From NCBI GenBank assembly GCA_930971385.1, contig CAKNGB010000001.1, positions 67,670 through 131,669 of the forward strand: DNA of 64,000 nt, in the 5' to 3' direction. The position numbers and the translations under genes were made by a program. Origin of the DNA: an uncultured Clostridia bacterium (GTDB taxonomy: Bacteria; Bacillota; Clostridia; Christensenellales; UBA1242). Of the stretch, positions 34,465 through 43,440 are shown one piece after another (the first letter of the stretch is position 1; each line of letters opens with the position of its first letter). The notes under the pieces were generated by a model, which did not search any database, had not been told where the DNA came from, and saw only the letters and a list, made by a program, of their open reading frames with translations.

Positions 34465-34473
34465 TATTATGCT

Positions 34474-37290
34474 ATGAAAAATTCTATTGTAATTAAAGGG
34501 GCAAGGGAGAATAATCTTAAAAATGTTAACCTTTCTCTTCCAAGAAACAAGTTTATTGTGTTCACTGGCGTGAGTGGCTCGGGCAAGAGTTCGCTTGCTT
34601 TTGGCACGATTTTTGCGGAAGGGCAACGAAAATACATGGAAAGTTTGTCGTCCTATGCCAGAATGTTTTTAGGGCAAAGTCAAAAACCTGATGTCGACAC
34701 GATTGAAGGGCTTTCGCCAGCAATATCCATCGACCAAAAAACCACAAACCACAATCCTCGTTCAACCGTGGGAACTGTGACGGAAATATATGATTATCTT
34801 CGTTTGCTTTTTGCCAACATCGGCACGCCATATTGCCCACACTGCCATAAACAAATTAAGCAACAGACCATCGACCAAATTGTTGACGCTGTGAAGGAAT
34901 ATGGCGAGGGCGCAAAGGTGACCATTCTTGCACCTGTCGTTCGCGGGCAGAAAGGGTCGCAAATGAAACTTCTTGAGTCGCTTAAAAGAAGTGGTTATGC
35001 AAGAGTGGAAATCGACGGCTCTATTTTTATGCTTGATGACGCCATAAACCTTGATAAGAACATTAAGCACAATGTCAATGTTGTTATCGACAGAATAACA
35101 ATCAAGGAGGGAAAGGATGCCCGCCTTGCAGGAAGTTTGGAAACAGCACTCAAACTTGCTGACGGCTTGGTGCTTGTGGAAGAGAACGAGAAAAAAGAAC
35201 TTTTTTCCATTAACTATGCTTGCCCAACTTGCGGTTGGACACTTGGCGAAATCACACCAAGACTATTTTCTTTCAATGCACCATATGGCGCTTGCCCAAC
35301 TTGCTTAGGGCTTGGATATAACACCGACATCGACGAAAATGCTGTTTTAAAAAATTCCAACTTGTCAATTAATCAAGGTGCTTTCAACATCACAGGGTGG
35401 AAGAGTGAAGAGGGAACAATGGCAAAGGCGTATTTTAACGCTCTATCTAAGCAATACGACATTGACCTCGATAAGCCAGTTAAAGATTTAAGTAAGGAAA
35501 AACTAAAAATTCTTCTTTATGGCACTAAGGGCGACAAAATTGATGTGGAAGTTGTGAACGAGAGAAATAAACGCTTTGTTTCCACTGAGTTTGAGGGAAT
35601 TGTCAGTAACCTTAGAAGAAGATATAACGAAACCACAAGCGAATGGGTAAAGTTTGAAATTGGCAGATTTATGCGAGAGCAACCTTGCGTCACTTGCCAC
35701 GGAAAACGCTTGAATGAAAGTGCGCTTGCGGTTAAAATCAACGGTAAGGATATTTTTGATGTTTGCAACCAAAGCGTGAGAAATTTAATTCCACTTATTT
35801 CCAATTTAAAACTCGACAAAACCAAAGCCTCGATTGCAGAACCTATTGTGAAAGAAATTTTGGCGCGTCTAAGGTTTTTGGACGATGTTGGGCTTAACTA
35901 TTTAACTTTAAGCCGTTCGGCAGACACTCTTTCAGGAGGCGAAGCGCAAAGAATTAGGCTTGCCACTCAAATTGGAAGTGGACTTGTTGGCGTTCTATAC
36001 ATTCTTGACGAGCCTTCGATTGGACTACATCAGCGCGACAATGAAAAACTTTTAAAAACACTTAAAAATTTGAAAGACCTTGGCAATACCTTGATTGTTG
36101 TGGAGCATGATGAGGACACCATTCGTTCGGCAGAATACCTTGTGGATGTTGGACCTTATGCTGGAGTGCATGGTGGAGAAATTGTGACAGCAGGCACGGT
36201 CAGTGAGGTTATGAAAAACAAAAAATCTGTGACAGCAAGGTTTTTGCGCGGAGATGACAAGATTGAAATACCTTCAACTCGCAGAGAACCTCGTGATTTT
36301 TTGACGATTAAGGGTGCAAAGGAAAACAATCTAAAAAACATTGATGTTAAAATTCCAACTGGTGTTTTCACTGCCGTCACTGGTGTTTCTGGAAGCGGAA
36401 AAAGTTCACTTATCAACAGAATTTTGTTCCCATACCTATCAAACCAACTTAACAACAGCAAACTTCCACTTGGAAAGTGTGATAAGATTGAAAATGTTGA
36501 GGTTTTGGATAAGGTCATTTGTATCGACCAAGCACCGATTGGAAGAACGCCAAGGAGTAATCCCGCAACATACACTGGTGTTTTCACACAAATTCGCGAA
36601 CTTTTTGCTTCCACTGTTGACGCTAAAACAAGAGGTTATAACGCAGGCAGATTTTCCTTCAACATCAAAGGCGGACGATGCGAAGCGTGCGAGGGCGCTG
36701 GCGTGAAGGAAATTGAAATGTATTTCTTGCCAGACATCACTGTGCCTTGCGAAGTGTGCAAGGGAAAACGCTATAATCGCGAAACTTTGGAAGTGAAGTA
36801 TAAGGGGAAAACGATAAGCGATGTTTTGGATATGACAGTTGAAGAAGCGCTTGAATTTTTCAAGAATATTCCATCGATTGCCAACAAACTTCAATCACTT
36901 TTTGATGTGGGCTTATCTTACATCAAGCTTGGTCAGCCTGCAACCACTCTTTCGGGTGGCGAAGCGCAAAGGGTTAAACTTGCCACGGAACTATCTCGCC
37001 GAGAGACAGGTCGCACAATGTATATTCTTGACGAGCCAACCACAGGGCTTCATGTTTACGACATCAAAAAACTTGTGGCAATTTTAAATAGGCTTATTGG
37101 AAACGGCAATTCGGTTGTTGTGATTGAGCATAACCTTGATGTCATTAAATGTGCTGACTACATCATCGACATCGGTCCAGAAGGTGGAGATGAGGGTGGA
37201 ACGATTGTGGCAACTGGCACACCAGAGGAGGTCAGCAAGTGCGAAAAAAGTTATACTGGTCAATTTTTAAAGAAAATTTTAGGAGAATAA
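34474..37290 (+). CDS. uvrA: excinuclease ABC subunit A
   Basis: Two ABC modules (GVSGSGKSSL twice, LSGGEAQR twice) plus zinc-finger Cys pairs (CPHCH, CPTCGW, CVTCHGKR, CEACEGAG, CEVCKGKR). ATG 34474 (MKNSIVIKGARENNLKN) is preferred over the ORF-track TTG 34453. Confidence 0.95.
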   Translation: MKNSIVIKGARENNLKNVNLSLPRNKFIVFTGVSGSGKSSLAFGTIFAEGQRKYMESLSSYARMFLGQSQKPDVDTIEGLSPAISIDQKTTNHNPRSTVGTVTEIYDYLRLLFANIGTPYCPHCHKQIKQQTIDQIVDAVKEYGEGAKVTILAPVVRGQKGSQMKLLESLKRSGYARVEIDGSIFMLDDAINLDKNIKHNVNVVIDRITIKEGKDARLAGSLETALKLADGLVLVEENEKKELFSINYACPTCGWTLGEITPRLFSFNAPYGACPTCLGLGYNTDIDENAVLKNSNLSINQGAFNITGWKSEEGTMAKAYFNALSKQYDIDLDKPVKDLSKEKLKILLYGTKGDKIDVEVVNERNKRFVSTEFEGIVSNLRRRYNETTSEWVKFEIGRFMREQPCVTCHGKRLNESALAVKINGKDIFDVCNQSVRNLIPLISNLKLDKTKASIAEPIVKEILARLRFLDDVGLNYLTLSRSADTLSGGEAQRIRLATQIGSGLVGVLYILDEPSIGLHQRDNEKLLKTLKNLKDLGNTLIVVEHDEDTIRSAEYLVDVGPYAGVHGGEIVTAGTVSEVMKNKKSVTARFLRGDDKIEIPSTRREPRDFLTIKGAKENNLKNIDVKIPTGVFTAVTGVSGSGKSSLINRILFPYLSNQLNNSKLPLGKCDKIENVEVLDKVICIDQAPIGRTPRSNPATYTGVFTQIRELFASTVDAKTRGYNAGRFSFNIKGGRCEACEGAGVKEIEMYFLPDITVPCEVCKGKRYNRETLEVKYKGKTISDVLDMTVEEALEFFKNIPSIANKLQSLFDVGLSYIKLGQPATTLSGGEAQRVKLATELSRRETGRTMYILDEPTTGLHVYDIKKLVAILNRLIGNGNSVVVIEHNLDVIKCADYIIDIGPEGGDEGGTIVATGTPEEVSKCEKSYTGQFLKKILGE

Positions 37291-37291
37291 T

Positions 37292-38074
37292 TTGAGAGTT
37301 TTTAATTTATCATCAGGAAGCGACGGAAATGCAACATATTTGGAAACCGAGTCAACCAAAATTTTGATTGATGATGGTATCTCATGCGCTGAAACGCTGA
37401 AACGATTGTCGCTTATTGGTGTGAAAGGCGAAGATATTGATGCTGTCATAATCACACATTCTCATTCTGACCATATGAAAGGTTTGGATGTCTTTTCCAA
37501 AAAGTTTCACACGCCAATTTATGCACACAACGATGTTTGGAAAGGGCTGTATCCAAAACTTACGCGAGCATCAGAGGAAAATATGCGCATATTCACAGAT
37601 AATTTTCAAATTGGTGAACTTGAAATTGCGCCAGTGGAAATTCCTCATGATGTGAAATGCTTTGGCTTTTCTTTTTACGAGGGCGATAAAAAAGTGAGCG
37701 TGTTAACAGATTTAGGGCACACCAACGATAAGATTTTCAACAGCGTGAAAGGAAGTCAACTTATATACTTAGAGGCCAATCATGATTTGTCGATGTTAAG
37801 AGCGTGCGAGAAATATCCGCTAAGTTTAAAGATGAGAATTGCTGGAAAAAACGGACATCTCTCCAACGATGCCTCTGCCGATTTTGCCAAGAAACTTGTT
37901 GAAAGTGGCACACGGCAGATTGTGCTTTCGCATTTAAGCAAGGAAAACAACACGCCAGACCTTGCCTACACCTACATATCTTCAAAACTTAAGGACAATG
38001 GTATAATTGAAGGAACTCATGTTAAAATTGATGTGGCATCCACAATTCCAACAAGGATATTCAGGTTGAAATAG
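37292..38074 (+). CDS. MBL-fold metallo-hydrolase, YycJ/WalJ-like
   Basis: TTG start 1 nt after the uvrA stop, with AGGAGAA upstream. N-terminus MRVFNLSSGSDGNATYLE and motif ITHSHSDH. 260 aa. Confidence 0.8.
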   Translation: MRVFNLSSGSDGNATYLETESTKILIDDGISCAETLKRLSLIGVKGEDIDAVIITHSHSDHMKGLDVFSKKFHTPIYAHNDVWKGLYPKLTRASEENMRIFTDNFQIGELEIAPVEIPHDVKCFGFSFYEGDKKVSVLTDLGHTNDKIFNSVKGSQLIYLEANHDLSMLRACEKYPLSLKMRIAGKNGHLSNDASADFAKKLVESGTRQIVLSHLSKENNTPDLAYTYISSKLKDNGIIEGTHVKIDVASTIPTRIFRLK

Positions 38075-38082
38075 GAGATTAA

Positions 38083-38655
38083 ATGGACGAACAAGAAAAA
38101 TTTGATAAAAGTTTAATAGAATCGCTTGAGCATTTGATGTATATGCGTGACAGAATGAGAAACGCTATGATTGTGCCTTGGGATAAATATTTAGAAAGTG
38201 TAAACCAAGCACTGAATAGTTTTTTTGAGCGTTGTTCAGTGAGTTATAAAAATCTTCAAGATAATCCTTTTAAGCAAAAGGTTTTTGAATATTTAGCATC
38301 AGTTGCTCAAAATTCGCAAGATTATCACGACGCGCTCAATGAGGAGATTTTAAAAGAAAGTTCCAACTTTAAAACCATTTGGAAAAACTATTTTTTTCCT
38401 TTGCGCGAAGATTTATCAGAGATAAAAAAAGATGTAAAAGTTTGTTTAAACAGTGAAAGCGTAAGCCAAAAAGACAAAAAAGACCTTTATCAAAATTTTT
38501 GTGAGTGTGTTGATTTATATAACGCTATATGTGATGACTATAACGACTTAATTAAAAACTATCAAGAAATACAGATGAAAGTTTATGCCATGGAAAAATA
38601 TGAAAATCTTCAACTTAATAGATTTGATAAAAATTTGAACGACAAAGAAAAATAA
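38083..38655 (+). CDS. hypothetical protein (helical, Lys/Asp/Asn-rich)
   Basis: 190-aa ORF with RBS AGGAGA, 8 nt after the MBL gene. No motif recognised. Confidence 0.5.
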   Translation: MDEQEKFDKSLIESLEHLMYMRDRMRNAMIVPWDKYLESVNQALNSFFERCSVSYKNLQDNPFKQKVFEYLASVAQNSQDYHDALNEEILKESSNFKTIWKNYFFPLREDLSEIKKDVKVCLNSESVSQKDKKDLYQNFCECVDLYNAICDDYNDLIKNYQEIQMKVYAMEKYENLQLNRFDKNLNDKEK

Positions 38656-38685
38656 CGTAAACTACACGTTATTTTCCTTTTTTTA
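38651..38685 (+). terminator. weak intrinsic terminator
   Basis: AATAACGT (38651-38658) pairs with ACGTTATT (38666-38673), followed by a T-rich tract (ttcctttttttatt). Confidence 0.4.
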
Positions 38686-38716
38686 TTAAATTTTTAGTAT
38701 GTTTTTGTCTTTTTTG

Positions 38717-39463
38717 CTAATTATCAAATTTTATTATATCCGACACGATTTGACCAGTGCTGTCAAAGCTTCTTAGAAAGCAACTTTGTCTTGTACTGTA
38801 AAGTCCGTCATCGCCGATGATATAACTGTCGAAAAGTTTACATTTGAAATTTTTAATTAAATCTTCAATAAACTTCACGGCATCTAAATCGTCTTGCGAT
38901 GGGCGTGCTGTGCCACCAGGATGATTGTGAGCAATGGAAATGTATGCAGGTTTTGCGGTGGAAATAAAATCATAAAGTTGAAAAGGTGAAACGCCAACTT
39001 GCTTTAAGTCGCTGTCGGTAAATTTTCTTTTATGTGTTAAATAGAATTGATTGTTGAAGGCTAAAAGAACTAAGTTTTCAGATTTCTTAAAACGCAAAAG
39101 TTGTTCAAGCATATCCAAAAACTCGTCTTTCTTATCCATGGAAATTTTCTTAGCCATGCGAGAAAAGGAATAATACCAAATGAGTTCGCCGAAGAGTTTA
39201 ATCTTTTTGGCGCTTCTTTCATTTATTCCTTTAACAGATTTTAAGTCACCTTCGCTGGCGTCAATGATGTTGCCAAAATTATCAAACTTGTCAAGCAGGC
39301 GGTGCGCAAGAGGATTGACATCTCCGCGTGGCATGATGTAAGTCAAAAAATATTCCACAGCTTGCACCTTGCTGACATTTTCAATGCCAGATGCTTCAAT
39401 AAGTTTTGTTAATCGTTCGCGATGTCCGTCATGAGAAACATCGTCGTTTTTTCTTTTATCCAT
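38717..39463 (-). CDS. RadC-like JAB/JAMM domain protein (copy 2)
   Basis: 248 aa. GHRERL, PRGDVNPLAHRL, VKGINERSAKKI, JAMM motif HNHPGGTARPSQDD. Alignable along its full length with the 30265-30993 product. Confidence 0.8.
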   Translation of the reverse strand: MDKRKNDDVSHDGHRERLTKLIEASGIENVSKVQAVEYFLTYIMPRGDVNPLAHRLLDKFDNFGNIIDASEGDLKSVKGINERSAKKIKLFGELIWYYSFSRMAKKISMDKKDEFLDMLEQLLRFKKSENLVLLAFNNQFYLTHKRKFTDSDLKQVGVSPFQLYDFISTAKPAYISIAHNHPGGTARPSQDDLDAVKFIEDLIKNFKCKLFDSYIIGDDGLYSTRQSCFLRSFDSTGQIVSDIIKFDN

Positions 39464-39529
39464 AGTGTCCTCTCTTTTTTGTTTTAAAATTTTTAATTTA
39501 AGTTAAGGAAAATTTAATTTTTGTTTTTA

Positions 39530-40450
39530 TTAAGCCTTATTTGCACAGTTGAACACGTGTTCGTTTTTATAAGCAACGTAGTTTGCAATCTCTTCAATTG
39601 CCAAAGTGTTAAACTTTCTTAAATCAATATTTTCAGGTTGCTCATCTAAATTTGCGCGTAGGGCAGAAAAATATGCAAGGCGTAGGTCGGTGTCGGTGTT
39701 AATTTTAAATATGTTATGTTTTGTGCAAGCCTCATGCAGAAGTTCGTCATCCACTCCTTTTGCACCAGCAAGTTTTCCGCCATGAGAATTTATTATTTCC
39801 ACATATTTTTGTGGCACGCTGGAAGCACCATGAAGCACAAGCGGATAATTTTTTAGTTCGTTTTCAATTCCTGATAATATGTCAAATCTAAGTTCTGCCT
39901 TCCCTTTAAATTTGTATGCCCCATGGCTTGTGCCAATGGCAACGGCAAGGGTGTCGCAACCAGTTTCCTCCACAAACTTTTTTGCTTCCTCTTTTTTTGT
40001 GTATATGTTTTTGTCGGCACTCACCAAATCTTCCACACCTTTCAAAACTCCTAGTTCTGCTTCCACAAACACACCTTTTTTATGTGCATAATCTACCACT
40101 TTCTTAGTCAGCGCCACGTTCTCTTCAAAAGGTAAACTGCTTCCGTCAATCATCACAGAGTCAAACCCTAAATCCACAGCCTTTTTGCACATTTCAAAAC
40201 TTTTGCCATGGTCTAGATGAAGAAACAAGGGAATGTTAAATTCGTTTTTTGCACTTTTAAATAAATTTAAAACAAATTCTTCGCCCATATACTTAAACGC
40301 ACCTTCGCTTACTGAAGTTAAACATGGAGAGTTAGTTTTTGCCGAGCCCATGCAGATGCCTTTCAAAACTTCCATATTCACAAAGTTATATGCGCCAAGG
40401 CAATAGTGATTTTTGATGCTGTCTTTAAAATAGAAATCAAGGGTTTTCAT
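39530..40450 (-). CDS. fba: class II fructose-bisphosphate aldolase
   Basis: LFLHLDHG, VMIDGS, GTSHGAYKF, LVLHGASS. Start at the complement of 40448-40450 (MKTLDFYFKD) with RBS GGAGGAAAG. The ORF track extends 10 codons further upstream. Confidence 0.85.
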   Translation of the reverse strand: MKTLDFYFKDSIKNHYCLGAYNFVNMEVLKGICMGSAKTNSPCLTSVSEGAFKYMGEEFVLNLFKSAKNEFNIPLFLHLDHGKSFEMCKKAVDLGFDSVMIDGSSLPFEENVALTKKVVDYAHKKGVFVEAELGVLKGVEDLVSADKNIYTKKEEAKKFVEETGCDTLAVAIGTSHGAYKFKGKAELRFDILSGIENELKNYPLVLHGASSVPQKYVEIINSHGGKLAGAKGVDDELLHEACTKHNIFKINTDTDLRLAYFSALRANLDEQPENIDLRKFNTLAIEEIANYVAYKNEHVFNCANKA

Positions 40451-40550
40451 CTTTCCTCCAAAATTCGCCTCTTTTTGCAATATTTTACCACATTTCTTCT
40501 TTTTTACAAAATTAAATTATAATAAAATGAAAAAAGTAAGGAGAAAAATT

Positions 40551-41219
40551 ATGATGAAAAAATTAATTGTGGCATTTTCACTTGTTTTCATTCTTTTTGG
40601 AGTGGCTGGTTGCGGAAAAACGATAAATAATCATGTTGAAGAAAATATGTCGGAGATAACAAAAGATTTTTATTTTGGCGAGAACGATTCATTTTATGCC
40701 ACACTCTCTGTTGGCGAGCGAGAGTCTTCCTATTTATATAATGGGCAAAGCACAGAGTCGGTTGATTTTGCATTGCTTACGCTGACTTTTAAAAATGGAA
40801 GCAGTTTAAACACGGTGGAGGTTGTGTTAAACGACGGCACAAATTCCTATGATGTGGAACTCATGTCTGACGATATGTCTGTAGATTTCATGGCGGATAT
40901 TGTTAATCTTTTTAGTTTTGGCGAAGCTTTCACTTTGACATATAACAATGAAAATGTGGAGTTAACTAGAATTTCTGATGAGTTTGGAATAGACTATCAA
41001 GAGGCTTTAAACATCGCTTGCGAAAATTTAAAAGAAGAACTTGAAAGTTGCAAAATTTACAACAATTTCAACGCTGAATGTTATCTTCGAGTTTTAAGAG
41101 AGAAGGAAAATAATTTCGACAATCTTTATTGGTGCTTTACCTGCCTTAACTACGAAGGCGAAAGTTTCAGTATTGTCTTTTCCACAGTTGATGGTGAGAT
41201 TTTAGCAAAAAGTGAATAA
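40551..41219 (+). CDS. lipoprotein, hypothetical
   Basis: MMKKLIVAFSLVFILFGVAGC lipobox. RBS AAGGAG before ATG 40551. Confidence 0.55.
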   Translation: MMKKLIVAFSLVFILFGVAGCGKTINNHVEENMSEITKDFYFGENDSFYATLSVGERESSYLYNGQSTESVDFALLTLTFKNGSSLNTVEVVLNDGTNSYDVELMSDDMSVDFMADIVNLFSFGEAFTLTYNNENVELTRISDEFGIDYQEALNIACENLKEELESCKIYNNFNAECYLRVLREKENNFDNLYWCFTCLNYEGESFSIVFSTVDGEILAKSE

Positions 41220-41254
41220 AAAAGATAAAAAAATGTGGAAAAATTGTTAAAAAC

Positions 41255-41283
41255 TTGAAAAAATCACATTTTTATGCTAAAAT
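41255..41283 (+). promoter_or_regulatory. promoter TTGAAA-17-(TGc)TAAAAT abutting the hflX start
   Basis: TTGAAA 41255-41260, 17-nt spacer ending in TGc, TAAAAT 41278-41283. Six nt (tttcat) lie before ATG 41290; no SD. Confidence 0.55.
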
Positions 41284-41289
41284 TTTCAT

Positions 41290-42372
41290 ATGAGCAAATT
41301 AATAAATCTGCAAGAAGAAAAAGTGGAAAGAGTGATTGTGTTTTGTCCGATTATGAAAGATACGGACAAAGAGTTTCAATTTGCCGAAATTGAAAGATTG
41401 TGCAAAAGTGCACATTTAGACCTTGTGAAAATCTTTTATCAAGACAGCAAGGCGCTAATTAAAAACACCTTCATTGGAAGTGGAAAGGTTCAAGAAATTG
41501 CCGACTTTGTCAAACTTAACAACATTGATGTTTTGGTGGTGGACGAAAAGCTCACAGGTTCTCAACTTAAAAATTTAAGCGACGCCATCGGCGTGAAAGT
41601 GCTAGACCGAATTCTTCTTATCATCGACATCTTTGCACTTAACGCAAATTCAAATGAAGGGAAGATTGAGGTAAAGTTGGCGCAAAACAGATATCTTTTA
41701 ACGCGTCTATCTTCTATGCAAGGAACGCAAGGGAGATATGGCGGTTCGGGCGCTGGGATGAGAGGGCCTGGAGAAACGAAATTGGAACTTGACAGGCGAA
41801 AACTTGAAGAGGGGATAAATTCGCTTTCAAAAGACTTAGATAAAATTAAGCGCACGCGCGAGCAAAATAAAGTTGCAAGAAAAAAGGCGGGGATTAAAAG
41901 TGTGGTGATTGGTGGCTACACCAACGCTGGCAAAAGTTCACTTTTCAATCTTTTAACGCGAGAAAACATCTATGTTCAAGATAAACTTTTTGCCACGCTT
42001 GAAACAACTTCGCGAAGAATGTTTTTGGGAGAAAACAAATTTTGTATTCTCACCGACACAGTTGGCTTTATAAGTAAACTTCCTCACGAACTTGTGGAAA
42101 GTTTTTCTTCCACCTTGCAGGAAATTAAAGACGCAGACTTAGTTTTGCACGTGGTGGATGTTTCTGATAAAAATTATGAAAAGAATATTGAAATCACAAA
42201 CGACATTTTAAATTCGATTGGTGCAACAAACAAGAGAATTGTCATCTTAAACAAAACCGACCTTGTGAAAACGCCTTTTGAAGTTAAAGAAAACGAAATT
42301 CCTTTTTCTGTTAAAAAGAAAACAAATCTTGAAAAATTAAAGAAAGCAATAAGCGATATGTTGTTTTCATAA
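41290..42372 (+). CDS. hflX: GTPase HflX
   Basis: 360 aa. N-terminal HflX-type domain, G1 GYTNAGKSSLFN, G3 DTVGFI, G4 NKTD. Confidence 0.88.
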   Translation: MSKLINLQEEKVERVIVFCPIMKDTDKEFQFAEIERLCKSAHLDLVKIFYQDSKALIKNTFIGSGKVQEIADFVKLNNIDVLVVDEKLTGSQLKNLSDAIGVKVLDRILLIIDIFALNANSNEGKIEVKLAQNRYLLTRLSSMQGTQGRYGGSGAGMRGPGETKLELDRRKLEEGINSLSKDLDKIKRTREQNKVARKKAGIKSVVIGGYTNAGKSSLFNLLTRENIYVQDKLFATLETTSRRMFLGENKFCILTDTVGFISKLPHELVESFSSTLQEIKDADLVLHVVDVSDKNYEKNIEITNDILNSIGATNKRIVILNKTDLVKTPFEVKENEIPFSVKKKTNLEKLKKAISDMLFS

Positions 42373-42390
42373 CAGAACATATGCACAAAC

Positions 42391-42430
42391 AAAAAAATGG
42401 CAAAAATTTCAAAAAATTTGCCATTTTTTC
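42391..42430. terminator. bidirectional intrinsic terminator
   Basis: ATGGCAAA (42398-42405) pairs with TTTGCCAT (42417-42424). It is flanked by an A-run on the left and a T-run on the right, between convergent hflX and the DUF1858-like gene. Confidence 0.65.
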
Positions 42431-42451
42431 TTAAATTTTCAGTGTTTTTCT

Positions 42452-42679
42452 TTATTTTTTCTTAGTTTTTATATTTTCGTTAAGTTTTTTAAGAACAAAA
42501 TCGGTGTCAACGCCGTGCACAAGGCAAGCCTCTTCCACGGTTTCCATTTGGCTTACTGGGCAGGAAATGCAATGCATACCAAACCCCATGAAAACATCTG
42601 CAAGGTTTTCATCTTTTTCCAAAACTTCGCCGATGGTCATATCTTTATTTATTAATTCTTTTTCTTCTTTCCTTTTCAT
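42452..42679 (-). CDS. DUF1858 / hybrid-cluster-protein-associated redox disulfide domain protein
   Basis: 75 aa from MKRKEEKELINKDMTIGEVL (RBS AAAGGAG). GMHCISCP Cys pair and a HGVD...KLN C-terminal part typical of the family. Confidence 0.65.
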   Translation of the reverse strand: MKRKEEKELINKDMTIGEVLEKDENLADVFMGFGMHCISCPVSQMETVEEACLVHGVDTDFVLKKLNENIKTKKK

Positions 42680-42813
42680 AATTTCTCCTTTGCTTTCGTA
42701 TTCTAGCACAAAATTAAATTTTTGTCAAAATTTTCTTAGATAAAAATTTGTCTAATTTTGCCGTTTAGTTTTTTTTGAAAAGGCTACATCATAATATGTT
42801 TCAAGGAGTTAGT

Positions 42814-43440
42814 ATGGAAAATATTGCAAAACAGGTGGTTTCAGTTGAAGAAAAGAAATATGTGGGCTATGTTTTAAAACCATATATAGATTTTAAAAAC
42901 TTTAAAAAGTTAGGCTATATCATTGTGGACGAGGAAACCGAGCAAGAATATTTTGTGAATATAGATTTTGTGAAAACAAGCGCGAACTATCTTTTAATTG
43001 AAAGTGAAAAGAACTTGGAACTTTGTGGCGAAAGTGAGGAACTTAGAAAGAAAGTTATTTCTGACACTGGTGAGGACTACGGCAGAATTTCTGGTTTTGT
43101 TTTTTCTGGCAAGACTTTGAAAAAGGTGATAACTGATAAATGTGAAGTTGGAACGCGTTGTATTATAGATAGTGGTGACGATGTTTTGTTTGTTTCTTTT
43201 AAAAGAAAAAGAAGAAAATTTCCGCGTTTTGAGAAAGAGGATATGAAAGTGGAAATTATGACTCTTCCACCTGTTATCAATCTAACGCCTTCGCATTATC
43301 TTGGCAAGACGGCGGTTAAAACCCTTCTTGGCATGAATAACGAACTCATTGTGAAGGAGGGCGACAAGGTGACAAAGCAAATTTTTGATAAGGCAAAACG
43401 ACATAACAAAATAAATGAATTGTTTTTCATAATTAAGTAA
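42814..43440 (+). CDS. hypothetical protein, possibly PRC-barrel-like
   Basis: ATG 42814 with RBS AAGGAG. The ORF-track TTG 42775 is probably an over-extension. Two segments (YVGYVLKPYIDFKNFKKLGYIIVDEE; GEDYGRISGFVFSGKTLKKVI) resemble PRC-barrel strands. Weak call. Confidence 0.3.
   Translation: MENIAKQVVSVEEKKYVGYVLKPYIDFKNFKKLGYIIVDEETEQEYFVNIDFVKTSANYLLIESEKNLELCGESEELRKKVISDTGEDYGRISGFVFSGKTLKKVITDKCEVGTRCIIDSGDDVLFVSFKRKRRKFPRFEKEDMKVEIMTLPPVINLTPSHYLGKTAVKTLLGMNNELIVKEGDKVTKQIFDKAKRHNKINELFFIIK

Noticed and set aside
34362-34473. LexA/Cheo-type SOS box (CGAAC-N4-GTTCG) expected upstream of uvrA and uvrB (also 31954-31994)
   Set aside because: No GAAC...GTTC dyad is present in either upstream region. 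The only dyad is TAAACAAG/CTTGTTTA, which does not match the Firmicutes SOS box.
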